Position numbers and translations under genes: made by a program. From positions 12,209-76,208 of the forward strand of contig DALYJJ010000002.1 in NCBI GenBank assembly GCA_031969915.1: 64,000 nucleotides of DNA, written 5' to 3'. Shown here piece after piece: positions 12,281 to 23,543 of the stretch. A model generated the notes under the pieces. It saw nothing but the letters and a program-made list of their open reading frames with translations, made no database searches and was not told where the DNA came from. This DNA is from Bryobacteraceae bacterium (GTDB lineage Bacteria > Acidobacteriota > Terriglobia > Bryobacterales > Bryobacteraceae). How positions within the stretch are numbered: the stretch's first letter is position 1; each line of letters opens with the position of its first letter.

Positions 12281-13036
12281 ATGAGGTTGTTGCTGGCTGC
12301 GCTGCTCGCGCTCCCGCTGTGCGCGGCCCCCGCCGCCGTCGATTCCAAAGAGTTTACGAAGACCGTGAACTGGAAGGCCGACGTCCCGGTGGTGATCGAA
12401 GCCGAGAGGGGCACCCTCGAAGTCACCGGCTGGGATCAGCCCAAGGTTGAGGTCTACGCCAAGGTGGAGGCGGAAACCGGGATGTTCCGGCCCAAGCACG
12501 CAGTGGAAGACACGCAGATTCAAGTGGAAGAAGTGGCCGGAATCCGCATCCGCGTCGACTTCTCCAAGATTCAGCAGAGTAGCTGGCAGGTCTTCGGCGG
12601 AGGGCAGACGCGCCCCCGGGTGAACCTCAAGATCAAGGTCCCCAGGGCCGCCGCGCTGCGCGTGAAGTCCAGCGTTGCCGCTTCCACGCTCTCCGATCTC
12701 CGCGGCGAACTCGAGGTGGAAACCGTGCGCGGCTCCGTCGTGATGAAGGGCATCGATGGGGTGGTTCGCCTGAAGACCGTGGTGGGTGACGCCGAACTGC
12801 ACCTCGCCAAAGTCTCCGCGGGCACGCGAGTCGAAACCGTTCGCGGCAACATCCAGGTGTTCCTGCCCGCCAAGGGGAAGTTCGACATCGAGCCGGACGC
12901 TTTGCGCGGCGAGGTGCGCTCCGACTTCGGCAAAACGGCCGGCGAGTTAATCAAGGAGCGTACCAAGGTGAACGGCGGCGGGCCAGCGCTCCGCGTCGTC
13001 ACCATGCGCGGCACCGTGGAAATCAAGAAGGGCTGA
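12281..13036 (+). CDS. secreted DUF4097-like (putative adhesin beta-helix) protein
   Basis: I chose the ATG at 12281 because GGAGGA lies 4 nt upstream; the track ORF starts at a TTG at 12266. Signal peptide MRLLLAALLALPLCAAPA. Short beta units repeat (TVRGSVVMKGIDGVVRLKTVVGDAELH, TVRGNIQVFLP, MRGTVEIKK), as in DUF4097 proteins. Confidence 0.6.
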   Translation: MRLLLAALLALPLCAAPAAVDSKEFTKTVNWKADVPVVIEAERGTLEVTGWDQPKVEVYAKVEAETGMFRPKHAVEDTQIQVEEVAGIRIRVDFSKIQQSSWQVFGGGQTRPRVNLKIKVPRAAALRVKSSVAASTLSDLRGELEVETVRGSVVMKGIDGVVRLKTVVGDAELHLAKVSAGTRVETVRGNIQVFLPAKGKFDIEPDALRGEVRSDFGKTAGELIKERTKVNGGGPALRVVTMRGTVEIKKG

Positions 13037-13051
13037 TCGAACAAACACGAA

Positions 13052-13076
13052 GGGCGGGCCGTTTGCAGGCCCGCCC
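13052..13076. terminator. GC-rich hairpin between convergent genes (bidirectional terminator candidate)
   Basis: GGGCGGGCC-gtttgca-GGCCCGCCC: a perfect 9-bp stem with a 7-nt loop. It lies 16 nt after the stop at 13036 and 16 nt before the stop of the minus-strand metalloprotease at 13092. Neither side has a long U-tract. Confidence 0.6.
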
Positions 13077-13091
13077 TGATCACGCGTCTTG

Positions 13092-15659
<2,568 letters not shown>

Positions 15660-15674
15660 CCCTGATACTCCCGT

Positions 15675-17288
15675 TCATCCAACTTGAAATTCCGCCCGAA
15701 TCTCGGGGCTGTCCTTGTAGCCGAGGCGGCATGCCTTCGCCCGTAGAACCGAACTCCGCTCCACGGTCACCGGCCCCGCCGCGAGCAGCCAGCGCGCATT
15801 TTCTCCGCTTTCGAAAGTGTAAGCGATGGAGGCGCCCGGCGTGGCGCACTGGAGCCGCACCGGCGCACCCGCCGCCACCTTTCCTCCGTGAGGCGCAACC
15901 GACGGCGCCGCGGTTACCTGCCACACGCCGCCCGGCCGCATGCGCTCCTTGAGTTCGTCTTCCTTCAAGTGGCCCAGGTCCTTGGTCTCCGCCGTCCACT
16001 GCGCATGTGCCTTTCGCAGACGCTCCAACTCGGCCTTGTGTTCGGGCCGCGCCGCCAGGTTGTTCACCTCGTGCGGATCGGCTTGCGTGTCGTACAACTC
16101 CTCTTCCGGCTTCTCCGGCGCGAAGAACAACTTCTGAGGGCCGGCGAGTTTGCCTTCCTTGTTGAGCCGGCGCCACTCGCGCATGGTCGGCATCTGTTCC
16201 ATGTAGTCGATGTACTGCGCGTAGGGCTTGCACGCCTGGTAATTGCGGATGTACTTCCAGCGCGAATCGCGCACCGCGCGAATCAGGTCGTAGGTCTCGT
16301 CCATGCGGTCGCGCGCGGCGTAAACGTAGCGCCGCTCCGGCGCTTCGTGCGGGCCGAGGAACGCCTGCCCCTGCATGTATCCGGGCGCTTTCACGCCGGC
16401 GATCGACATCGCCGTCGGCCCCAGGTCCATCAGGCTCACCATCCGGTCCACCACCGTTCCCGGCTTGACCATCCCCGGCCACCGCACGATCAGCGGCACA
16501 TGAATTCCCGAATCGTACGGCCACCGTTTGGCCCGCGGGAGTCCGCGGCCGTGATCGCCCCAGAAGAAAACGGCGGTGTTTTCCGCGAGCCCCTGCTCTT
16601 CGAGTTCGCGCAGCAAGCCGCCCATCTGCAGGTCCATGGCGGTGACCAGGTCGTAGTAGTTCGCCCAGTCGCGCCGCACCACGGGCGTATCCGGATAGTA
16701 GGGAGGCAGCTTGGCATCTTCGGGCCGATGCCGGTCCTCGGGGCTCAGCCGTTTCGTTCGCTCTGCGAACTCCTCGGGTGTCAGGCGGATCTGGCTTTCG
16801 TGGGTTGTTGTCAGGTTGAAGACGGAGAAGAACGGCTGGTCGTTGCGGCGCCGGTTGCGGTAATGCGCGCGGTTGCTGTTCTCGTCCCAGGCCGTCACCG
16901 GCGCGTCGAAGTTGTAATCGGTCTTGACGTTGTTGGTGCAATAGTAGCCCGCCGCGCGCAGGTACTCCGTGAAGCACTTCACTTCCGGCGGCGGCACGCC
17001 TTGCGACCGCATGTGGTGCGTACCGATGGACGACGGGTACATCCCGGTGATGATCGACGACCGGCTGGGCGCGCACACGCCGTAGGTGGAAAACGCGCGC
17101 GTGAACCGCGCTCCCTCCCGCGCCAGCCGGTCGAGGTTCGGCGTGCGCGCCCACGCGTCCCCATAGCAGCCCAGGTCGGGCGAAGTGTCTTCACACGACA
17201 GCCAGAGAATGTTCCAGCGCTTCTGTTGGGCGAGCGCCATCGCGGGCAAACCCGCCCCCGCGGCGAGCAAGGATCTTCTGCTAAGCAT
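15675..17288 (-). CDS. Cys-type sulfatase (arylsulfatase family)
   Basis: Tat/Sec-like leader MLSRRSLLAAGAGLPAMALAQ. Sulfatase signature GVCAPSRSSIITGMYP (C-x-P-x-R), then WGDHG and the metal-ligand context WLSCEDTSPDLGCYGD. Confidence 0.9.
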   Translation of the reverse strand: MLSRRSLLAAGAGLPAMALAQQKRWNILWLSCEDTSPDLGCYGDAWARTPNLDRLAREGARFTRAFSTYGVCAPSRSSIITGMYPSSIGTHHMRSQGVPPPEVKCFTEYLRAAGYYCTNNVKTDYNFDAPVTAWDENSNRAHYRNRRRNDQPFFSVFNLTTTHESQIRLTPEEFAERTKRLSPEDRHRPEDAKLPPYYPDTPVVRRDWANYYDLVTAMDLQMGGLLRELEEQGLAENTAVFFWGDHGRGLPRAKRWPYDSGIHVPLIVRWPGMVKPGTVVDRMVSLMDLGPTAMSIAGVKAPGYMQGQAFLGPHEAPERRYVYAARDRMDETYDLIRAVRDSRWKYIRNYQACKPYAQYIDYMEQMPTMREWRRLNKEGKLAGPQKLFFAPEKPEEELYDTQADPHEVNNLAARPEHKAELERLRKAHAQWTAETKDLGHLKEDELKERMRPGGVWQVTAAPSVAPHGGKVAAGAPVRLQCATPGASIAYTFESGENARWLLAAGPVTVERSSVLRAKACRLGYKDSPEIRAEFQVG

Positions 17289-17334
17289 GGCAGGGGAATT
17301 GTATCGCCCCGGGCCATTCGCTAGATTGGTGGTT

Positions 17335-17424
17335 GGAGGATTGGCCGAGCGGTTGAAGGCGGCGGTCTTGAAAACCGCAGTAGGGGAAACTCTACCGGGG
17401 GTTCGAATCCCTCATCCTCCGCCA
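17335..17424 (+). tRNA. tRNA-Ser(UGA)
   Basis: GGAGGATTGGCCGAGCGGTTGAAGGCGGCGGTCTTGAAAACCGCAGTAGGGGAAACTCTACCGGGGGTTCGAATCCCTCATCCTCCGCCA. 7-bp acceptor GGAGGAT/ATCCTCC, anticodon stem GCGGT/ACCGC with loop CTTGAAA (anticodon TGA), long variable arm, GGTTCGAATCC T-loop, encoded CCA. Confidence 0.93.
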
Positions 17425-17457
17425 CCCTCTTCTCTTCATACAATCGGTAGGACGCCT

Positions 17458-18570
17458 ATGAGCCCGACACCGATTTCCCGCCGGACGCTGCTCTCCGCCA
17501 GCCTCCTCTTTCCTCTGCGCGCCCGCGCCGCCGCCGAAACCGTTTACTTCGGCACCTACGGAGGCGGCATCCTCAGCGCCACGTTCGATTCAGCCACCGG
17601 GGTCCTGGCCAAGCCTTCGCCGGCGGCAGCCACCGACAACCCTTCGTTCCTCGTGCTGCATCCCAACGGCAAACACCTCTATGCGGTCGGGGAAACCGGC
17701 GAAGGCTTCCTGGCGGCCTTCGAGAGATCCGGGGGCAAGCTGAAACCCCTGAACAAGGTCCCCGCCCGCGGCGGCGCGCCCTGCCACATCACGCTCGACC
17801 GCACCGCCCGCTACGCCCTCGCGGCCAACTATTCGGGCGGCAGCGTCATCGTGTACGCACTCGAAGCCAACGGCCTCCTGGGCCGCGAAACCGCCTTCGT
17901 CCAGCACCGTGGTTCCAGCATCAACCCGCAACGGCAGCGCGAACCGCACGCCCACTCCATCCGCGTGTCGCCCGACAATCGGTTCGTCCTCGCCGCCGAT
18001 CTCGGCCTCGACAAGCTCCTCGTCTACAAGTTCGACGCCGCCACGGGCAGTCTCACCCCGCACGAGCCGGCTTTCGCCAAACTGCGCCCCGGCGCCGGTC
18101 CGCGTCACTTCGCGTTTCATCCCGCGGGCCGTTTCGTCTACGTGATCAACGAACTCGACTCCACCGTCACCACCTTCGAGTTCAACGCCGCCAAGGCGGT
18201 GTGCAAGGAGGTCCTCACCGTCTCGACGCTCCCTCCCGGCGCGGCGCCCGGCGGCAACTCCACGGCCGAAGTCCAGGTGCATCCCACCGGGAAGTTCCTG
18301 TATGGCTCCAACCGCGGGCACGACTCCATCGCGGTCTTCGCTCTCGCCCCGGACCCGGGCCGCCCGCGTCTGGTCGAGAACGTCTCGACGGGCGGAGCGA
18401 CGCCGCGCAACTTCGGCATCCATCCTTCCGGACTCTGGCTGATCGCCTGCAATCAGAAGACGAATAACGTGCAGGTCTTCGCCATCGACCCGGCCTCCGG
18501 CCGCTTGAAAGCGAACGGTCCCCTGGTGGGCATGCCCTCGCCCGTCTGCGTACAGTTCGATGCCCGGTGA
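17458..18570 (+). CDS. 7-bladed beta-propeller lactonase (6-phosphogluconolactonase/YbhE-like), exported
   Basis: The real start is the ATG at 17458 (MSPTPISRRTLLSASLLFPLRARA). The track ORF 17185..18570 reads through the tRNA-Ser gene. Blade motifs repeat: PSFLVLHPNGKHLYAVGE, PCHITLDRTARYALAANYSGGSVIVY, AHSIRVSPDNRFVLAADLGLDKLLVY, PRHFAFHPAGRFVYVINELDSTVTTF, VQVHPTGKFLYGSNRGHDSIAVF, PRNFGIHPSGLWLIACNQKTNNVQVF. Confidence 0.8.
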   Translation: MSPTPISRRTLLSASLLFPLRARAAAETVYFGTYGGGILSATFDSATGVLAKPSPAAATDNPSFLVLHPNGKHLYAVGETGEGFLAAFERSGGKLKPLNKVPARGGAPCHITLDRTARYALAANYSGGSVIVYALEANGLLGRETAFVQHRGSSINPQRQREPHAHSIRVSPDNRFVLAADLGLDKLLVYKFDAATGSLTPHEPAFAKLRPGAGPRHFAFHPAGRFVYVINELDSTVTTFEFNAAKAVCKEVLTVSTLPPGAAPGGNSTAEVQVHPTGKFLYGSNRGHDSIAVFALAPDPGRPRLVENVSTGGATPRNFGIHPSGLWLIACNQKTNNVQVFAIDPASGRLKANGPLVGMPSPVCVQFDAR

Positions 18571-18576
18571 CGCCAC

Positions 18577-18996
18577 GTGGCCACGTTCCAGGAATCGATC
18601 CACCTGCCGACCAAGGGACACGCCGCCGTCATCGACATAACCGACCTCGTCCAGCAGATCGTTGCGCGGAGTGGCGTGGCCACGGGCATCGCGAACGTTT
18701 CGGGAGTGGGCTCCACGCTCGCCATCACGACCATCGAATACGAACCGGGCTGCGTGGCCGACCTCCAGCGGGCGCTCGAAGCGATCGCTCCCGCCAATGA
18801 CAACTACCGCCACAACGCGCGTTGGGGCGATCACAACGGCTACTCGCATGTCCGTAGCGCGCTCCTCGGCACGGCGCGCGGCTACCCGGTGCGCGCCGGC
18901 GCGCTCGCGCTGGGCACGTGGCAGCAGGTCGTCCTCATCGATCTCGACGACCGACCGCGCCGCCGCGAGGTGATCGTCACCGTGGTTGGGGAATAA
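18577..18996 (+). CDS. YjbQ/UPF0047-family protein (secondary thiamine-phosphate synthase-like)
   Basis: 139 aa. Family pattern: IDITDLV...GIANVSGVGSTLAITTIEYEPG...DL...L..IAP....YRHN....DHNGYSHVRSALLG......V..G.L.LGTWQQVVLIDLD.RPRRREV. GTG start. Confidence 0.8.
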   Translation: MATFQESIHLPTKGHAAVIDITDLVQQIVARSGVATGIANVSGVGSTLAITTIEYEPGCVADLQRALEAIAPANDNYRHNARWGDHNGYSHVRSALLGTARGYPVRAGALALGTWQQVVLIDLDDRPRRREVIVTVVGE

Positions 18997-19003
18997 TGGA
19001 AGT

Positions 19004-19576
19004 ATGCGCGGGCTGCTGGGAACCACGTTGGCCCTGGGCGTCGTCATCGCACTCGGTGCGAGCAACCTCACTCACTACCAGAAAGCGAAGCAGAAGATCG
19101 ATCTCATTGAGGGCGATCGCGCCCCGCGCGGCGCGCGCATCACGCTGAGCGAAGAAGAACTCGACGCCTACGTGCGCGGCGAGATCCCGACCGTGGCCGG
19201 CCAGGGCGCCGTGAAGAGCTCCAAAGTCAAACTCCGTGCGAACGGCGGACGCGTGGACGCGCAGGTGGACTTCATTCAGTTGCAGAAGAACACCGGCCGA
19301 AAGCCGGGTTGGCTGCTTTCGCGCCTTCTGCGCGGCGAGCACTCCGTTTCCGCCTCGGTCCGGATGCAGTCCGCCAAGGGACAGGCCACGGTGTGGGTGG
19401 ACGAAGTGACCCTCAACGGTGTCGCGCTGGGCGGTCCGCTGCTCGACTTCCTGATGGATGCGTTCATCACGCCCAAGTTCCCGGACGTGAAGATCGGCGA
19501 GCCCTTCCCGCTGAAGCACGACGTCGAGCGCGTCGACATCCGGCCGGATGCGGTTCACGTCCAGATCAGGCGTTGA
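19004..19576 (+). CDS. membrane-anchored/secreted hypothetical protein
   Basis: The ATG at 19004 gives MRGLLGTTLALGVVIALGASN (hydrophobic anchor). The track ORF starts at a TTG at 18986. No family is assigned with confidence. Its 3' end overlaps the convergent HD gene by 11 nt. Confidence 0.5.
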   Translation: MRGLLGTTLALGVVIALGASNLTHYQKAKQKIDLIEGDRAPRGARITLSEEELDAYVRGEIPTVAGQGAVKSSKVKLRANGGRVDAQVDFIQLQKNTGRKPGWLLSRLLRGEHSVSASVRMQSAKGQATVWVDEVTLNGVALGGPLLDFLMDAFITPKFPDVKIGEPFPLKHDVERVDIRPDAVHVQIRR

Positions 19577-20180
19577 CCGGAGGTCCCGCCGAGTCGCGCC
19601 GCGCCGCCTCCGCTTGCATCGCCCTCCACGTCTCTTCGAGCTCCGAAGCCAACCGCCCGCCCGAACGCCGGTACACATCGATCAGACTTCCGTAATACCA
19701 GAACTGTTCCGCGCGGCTCTTGGTCCGGAACCGCTGCCAGAGCGCTTCGCCCTGCTCGCGGTAATCGGTGAGCATCGAGCGCAGGTTGTGCAGCTTGTCG
19801 GCGCAGGAAACCAGGCGCACGGACGCGCTCGCTTCCGCCAGGTGATCGATGTAGGCCTGCTTCCGCTCCCGCCAGCGGTCCTTGCCGTGCTCCTCGTCGC
19901 TGGTGCAGCCCTCGACAATCGCGAGCACCGCCTCGCCGAACCGTTCGCGGATCTCCGCGCGGAGCCCGTCGCGCCCGCCCGGATACGAATCGCCCTGATC
20001 CTCCAGCGCGTCGTGCAGCAACGCCGCAATGCACTCGACTTCGCCGCCCCCGCCCTCGGCCGTCAGGCTCGCCACAGCCAGCAGATGCGCGACGTAAGGA
20101 ATCGCCGTGCTTTTCCTCTTCTGTTCGCGGTGCAGGGCACTCGCGAACACCAACGCCGCGTCGAATCGTTCGCTCAGCAT
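19566..20180 (-). CDS. HD-domain phosphohydrolase (RelA/SpoT-type HD fold)
   Basis: The real start is the ATG at 20180 (MLSERFDAALVFASALHREQKRK...). The rest of track ORF 19566..20891 reads through the tRNA-Sec gene. The motif pair ...YVAHLLAV... and AALLHDALED is the His...HD...D metal-binding set of SpoT-like hydrolase domains. Confidence 0.75.
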   Translation of the reverse strand: MLSERFDAALVFASALHREQKRKSTAIPYVAHLLAVASLTAEGGGGEVECIAALLHDALEDQGDSYPGGRDGLRAEIRERFGEAVLAIVEGCTSDEEHGKDRWRERKQAYIDHLAEASASVRLVSCADKLHNLRSMLTDYREQGEALWQRFRTKSRAEQFWYYGSLIDVYRRSGGRLASELEETWRAMQAEAARRDSAGPPVNA

Positions 20181-20217
20181 GAATGCGCCATGATACCCGG
20201 AATGCGGCGCGTGAGGT

Positions 20218-20311
20218 TGGCGGAAGCCAGTGGGGGTCGAACCCACCCGAGACGCAAGCGCCTCACACTGGTTTTGAAGACCAGGCCCGGCACCGGCCGG
20301 AATTGGCTTCC
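20218..20311 (-). tRNA. selC: tRNA-Sec(UCA), selenocysteine tRNA
   Basis: The reverse complement reads GGAAGCCAATTCCGGCCGGTGCCGGGCCTGGTCTTCAAAACCAGTGTGAGGCGCTTGCGTCTCGGGTGGGTTCGACCCCCACTGGCTTCCGCCA (94 nt). 8-bp acceptor GGAAGCCA/TGGCTTCC, 6-bp D-stem TCCGGC/GCCGGG with a 4-nt loop, anticodon loop CTTCAAA (UCA), long extra arm, 5-bp T-stem, discriminator G plus CCA. It closely parallels E. coli selC (GGAAG...CCGGUG...CUUCAAA...GGUUCGAC...CUUCCGCCA). Confidence 0.9.
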
Positions 20312-20320
20312 GTTTCGATT

Positions 20321-20920
20321 CTACTCGCTGGCGGCCGCGGCGCTCGTGCCGGTGCCCGCCAGTCCGAGTTCGCCGGCCCTCGCCCGCATCGCCTCGATGC
20401 AAAAGCCGATGTGCTCGTCCAGGTCCACGCCCAGCTCCGCCGCTCCGTTGACGATGTCCTCCCGGCTGACGCTGCGCGCGAAGGCTTTGTCCTTCATCTT
20501 CTTCCGCACGGACTTCACGTCCACCTCGTGAATGCTGCGGCTCGGCTTCACGTAGGAAATCGCGGTGAGAAAGCCCGCCAGTTCGTCGCAGGCGAACAAC
20601 GTCTTCTCGAGCGCGCTCTCGCGCGGCACGCCCGAGTAGTTGGCGTGCGACAGGATCGCTCTGCGGATCTCCTCCGGGACGCCGCGCGCGGCCAGCATCG
20701 GCTCGCCTTTCATCGGGTGATCCGGCGCCGCGGGATGGATCTCCCAATCGAAGTCGTGAAGCAGCGCCGTCACCGACCACTTCGCCTCGTCCTCGCCGTT
20801 CCTTCGCGCATAGGCGGCGACGCATGCCTCCACCGCCAAGGCGTGCTTGCGCAGCCCGTCGGACTGAATGAACTCGCAGACGATGGACCACGCCGCCGCG
20901 CGGTCAATGGCGGAACTCAT
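20321..20920 (-). CDS. HDIG/HD-domain metal-dependent phosphohydrolase
   Basis: 199 aa. The pattern LRKHALAVEACVAAYA ... TALLHDFDWE ... AILSHANY ... LFACDELAGF is typical of small HD/HDIG hydrolases. Its stop lies 9 nt upstream of the tRNA-Sec 5' end. Confidence 0.75.
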   Translation of the reverse strand: MSSAIDRAAAWSIVCEFIQSDGLRKHALAVEACVAAYARRNGEDEAKWSVTALLHDFDWEIHPAAPDHPMKGEPMLAARGVPEEIRRAILSHANYSGVPRESALEKTLFACDELAGFLTAISYVKPSRSIHEVDVKSVRKKMKDKAFARSVSREDIVNGAAELGVDLDEHIGFCIEAMRARAGELGLAGTGTSAAAASE

Positions 20921-20945
20921 ACGGACGAGGATACCCTAAGTCTCG

Positions 20946-21737
20946 ATGGACCTCGCCCACTACACCGCCCGCCGCGCCACCGCACCGATGATCATCGACG
21001 GACGCCTGGACGAAGCCGCCTGGCGCGCCGCCGCGCCCTCTTCGCCCTTCATCGACATCGTCACCGGCGAGCCCGCGTGGTTCGATACGCGCGTGCGCAT
21101 CCTGTGGGATGACGATCACCTCTACTTCGGCTTCACCGCCGAGGAGACTCACGTGTGGGCCACCCTTACCGAGCGCGATTCCAAGATCTGGCTCGATAAC
21201 GACCTGGAGATCTTCATCGCCGGCCAGGATGCCTACTATGAGTTCGAAATCAACGCCTATGGGACGATCTACGAGGTGTTCTGGGTCTGGCAGGACATGT
21301 ACCGCGAAGGCAGCCCCTACAACGTCCCCGAGTGGAATCCGGCGGGCCGCCCGCTGATGCTCATCGACGGTATCGGCGGCCACGTGCACCCGCGCGGCTG
21401 GCGCAACGGCTTCCTCGATTACGATCTCCCCGGCCTGCGCGCCGCCGTGCACATCGATGGCACGCTGAATGACCCATCGGACACCGACCGCGGCTGGTCC
21501 TGCGAAGTCGCGATACCGTGGGCCGGCCTGCATTGGCTTGCCGACGGCCGATCCCTGCCGCCTCGCGAGGGCGATGTGTGGCGCATCGACTGCTCGCGCT
21601 TCCAGCACATCGGCCCGCGCGGTGAACGCCTGGACCCCGCGGCCGGCTGGACGTGGAATCGCCACGGCCACTACGATTCACATATCCCGGAGACGTTCAC
21701 CTTCGTGCACTTCTCGCGCGATCCGGCGGCCGCCTGA
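20946..21737 (+). CDS. carbohydrate-binding family 9-like (DOMON-like) protein
   Basis: The N-terminal pattern IIDGRLDEAAW......F........P...TRVRILWDDDHLYFGF.AEE..VWA....RDS.IW.DNDLEIFI......YYEFEIN..GT is the CBM9-like signature. No signal peptide is visible. Confidence 0.55.
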   Translation: MDLAHYTARRATAPMIIDGRLDEAAWRAAAPSSPFIDIVTGEPAWFDTRVRILWDDDHLYFGFTAEETHVWATLTERDSKIWLDNDLEIFIAGQDAYYEFEINAYGTIYEVFWVWQDMYREGSPYNVPEWNPAGRPLMLIDGIGGHVHPRGWRNGFLDYDLPGLRAAVHIDGTLNDPSDTDRGWSCEVAIPWAGLHWLADGRSLPPREGDVWRIDCSRFQHIGPRGERLDPAAGWTWNRHGHYDSHIPETFTFVHFSRDPAAA

Positions 21738-21742
21738 CCGGA

Positions 21743-23464
21743 CTACCGGGGCCGCGAGTTCCGGATGTGATCGACGATGATCCCGGAGATTCGTTCCACG
21801 AACGGCCGCCCGCTGTTCAACAGGTTCTCGCGCGTCATGTAGTTCACGTCGATGTCCGGCCGCACGCCGATGTTCTCCAGGTACGGCGCGGATGGATAGT
21901 CGGCGGTGCTGATGTACCTGGGCCGCGTGACGAGGGTCAGCGTGTTGCCCGCCGTGGCCTCCGAATAGAAACCGGCGGACCAGCCCTCCGAGAGGCCGCC
22001 CATGCCCGCGGTTCTCATGCCGACGATCGGACCGCGGCGATTGTCCTGAATGATCGACGGAAAGATGTCCGCGGCCGAAACCGAAAACTCGTCCGTCAGG
22101 ACGATCAGCGGCTTGGTGTACACCACGGGCGCGGGATCCGATTCAAAGGAAGCTCCGATCAACGCTCCCGTCTGTGTGCACACCGGGATGGGCCCCGTGA
22201 GGCCGCCTTCGCGATACGCCGTCCGCATTTGTGCAACGTAGCTATCCACCAGGGCGATGATCCACTCGTCCGCCCGCTGCGCCCGCAGGGCCAGGGGAAG
22301 CGTGGCGAAGGAGTTCATGAAGTTTATGGTCGGCCGGATCTGCTGGGCGAAACCCGTGAAGCGGTACGGGATCAGCCGCGAAGCGGCATCGTGCAGGTAA
22401 CAGCCGCCTCCGGGGTTACGCATCACGTCGACGATCAGGCCGTCGGTGTTCTGCTCCAGGAAAGCGATCTCCCCGTCCAACTCCCGTAATGCGATCAGGA
22501 GGGGCGGCGAGAAGCTCGGAATTCTCAGGTAGCCGATGCGGAGGCCGCCCGCCGTGAACGTGCCGGAATAGTGAAAATCGATCGGATTGCGGCCCAGGCG
22601 CAATTGGAACGAGGGCGGCAGGCCCCCGGCGAACACAGGGTTGCGCGCGCCCCACCCCAACACGAACCGCCGCGGTTCCTCCGATCCCGTTTCCTCGTTC
22701 CAGGTTGTGCCCTGGAACAGAAGCGAGTCCGGCGCCTGGAAGGGGCGAATCTCCGCCGGTTCGCCGAAGGCGCTTCGCTCCACAGACGTCTTCACCGCAG
22801 GCACCGGCCCGGCCTGCAGAAACGGTACGCCCTGCTTCACCCAGCGCAGCGCGATAGTCTGCTCTTCCCCGGAGGCGCGGCGGATCACCACCTGCGCCGT
22901 GTCGCCGAGTTCCACGGCACGGGGCACTTGCGCCTGGGGCCGGAACGTAATCCGATCGGCGGCGTAGCGGCGCGTCGTCGCGGGATTCCCCAGGGCGATG
23001 CGTTTGGCGAAGTGCTGAATCCACTCCTCGGCGCTTCGCCCGTCCAGCGATACCAGCTCGTCCCCAACCTGGAACGGGAACTCCGCCGCGGGCAGAAATT
23101 GGCGGTTGATCTGATCGATCAGAACCTTGCCGTCGTAGATGTCCACGGAGAAGCCGAGGTTGGCGTTAAAGCCGAACGACGCCGCGCTGTATCCGCTATG
23201 GCCGTCGTCGAGGCTGGCCACGTACTCTTGACAGATCTCGTAGTATTCCAGGTCGGAGCTAGCGGCGCGGATGCGCGACAGCCACGGCGTGAGGTTCAGC
23301 AGATCGAATCCCAGCGCGTACTTCTTCCACTCCGCCGGCGCGTATCGCTTCGCGTAGAGGGCGGCGAGATTCTGAAAATCGTGAGCACGCTGATCCGGCG
23401 TCATCTGCGCCGCGGCAGTGCCGAGGGTCAGCGTGATCGCCAAGACAGAAAGCGCGATTCGCAT
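21743..23464 (-). CDS. S41-family peptidase, secreted
   Basis: I chose the ATG at 23464 (MRIALSVLAITLTLGTAAAQ, preceded by GGAAAGGGGAA); the track ORF extends to 23518. S41 motifs: IVDVMRNPGGG, VLTDEFSVSAADIFPSII, IVGMRTAGMGG. Confidence 0.8.
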   Translation of the reverse strand: MRIALSVLAITLTLGTAAAQMTPDQRAHDFQNLAALYAKRYAPAEWKKYALGFDLLNLTPWLSRIRAASSDLEYYEICQEYVASLDDGHSGYSAASFGFNANLGFSVDIYDGKVLIDQINRQFLPAAEFPFQVGDELVSLDGRSAEEWIQHFAKRIALGNPATTRRYAADRITFRPQAQVPRAVELGDTAQVVIRRASGEEQTIALRWVKQGVPFLQAGPVPAVKTSVERSAFGEPAEIRPFQAPDSLLFQGTTWNEETGSEEPRRFVLGWGARNPVFAGGLPPSFQLRLGRNPIDFHYSGTFTAGGLRIGYLRIPSFSPPLLIALRELDGEIAFLEQNTDGLIVDVMRNPGGGCYLHDAASRLIPYRFTGFAQQIRPTINFMNSFATLPLALRAQRADEWIIALVDSYVAQMRTAYREGGLTGPIPVCTQTGALIGASFESDPAPVVYTKPLIVLTDEFSVSAADIFPSIIQDNRRGPIVGMRTAGMGGLSEGWSAGFYSEATAGNTLTLVTRPRYISTADYPSAPYLENIGVRPDIDVNYMTRENLLNSGRPFVERISGIIVDHIRNSRPR

Positions 23465-23543
23465 AAAGTCGATTCCCCTTTCCAACGAAATCGGCTTTAT
23501 CTTAGCGCGCCGGATCATGCGCGCCGGCTGCCGGAAGAGTTCG

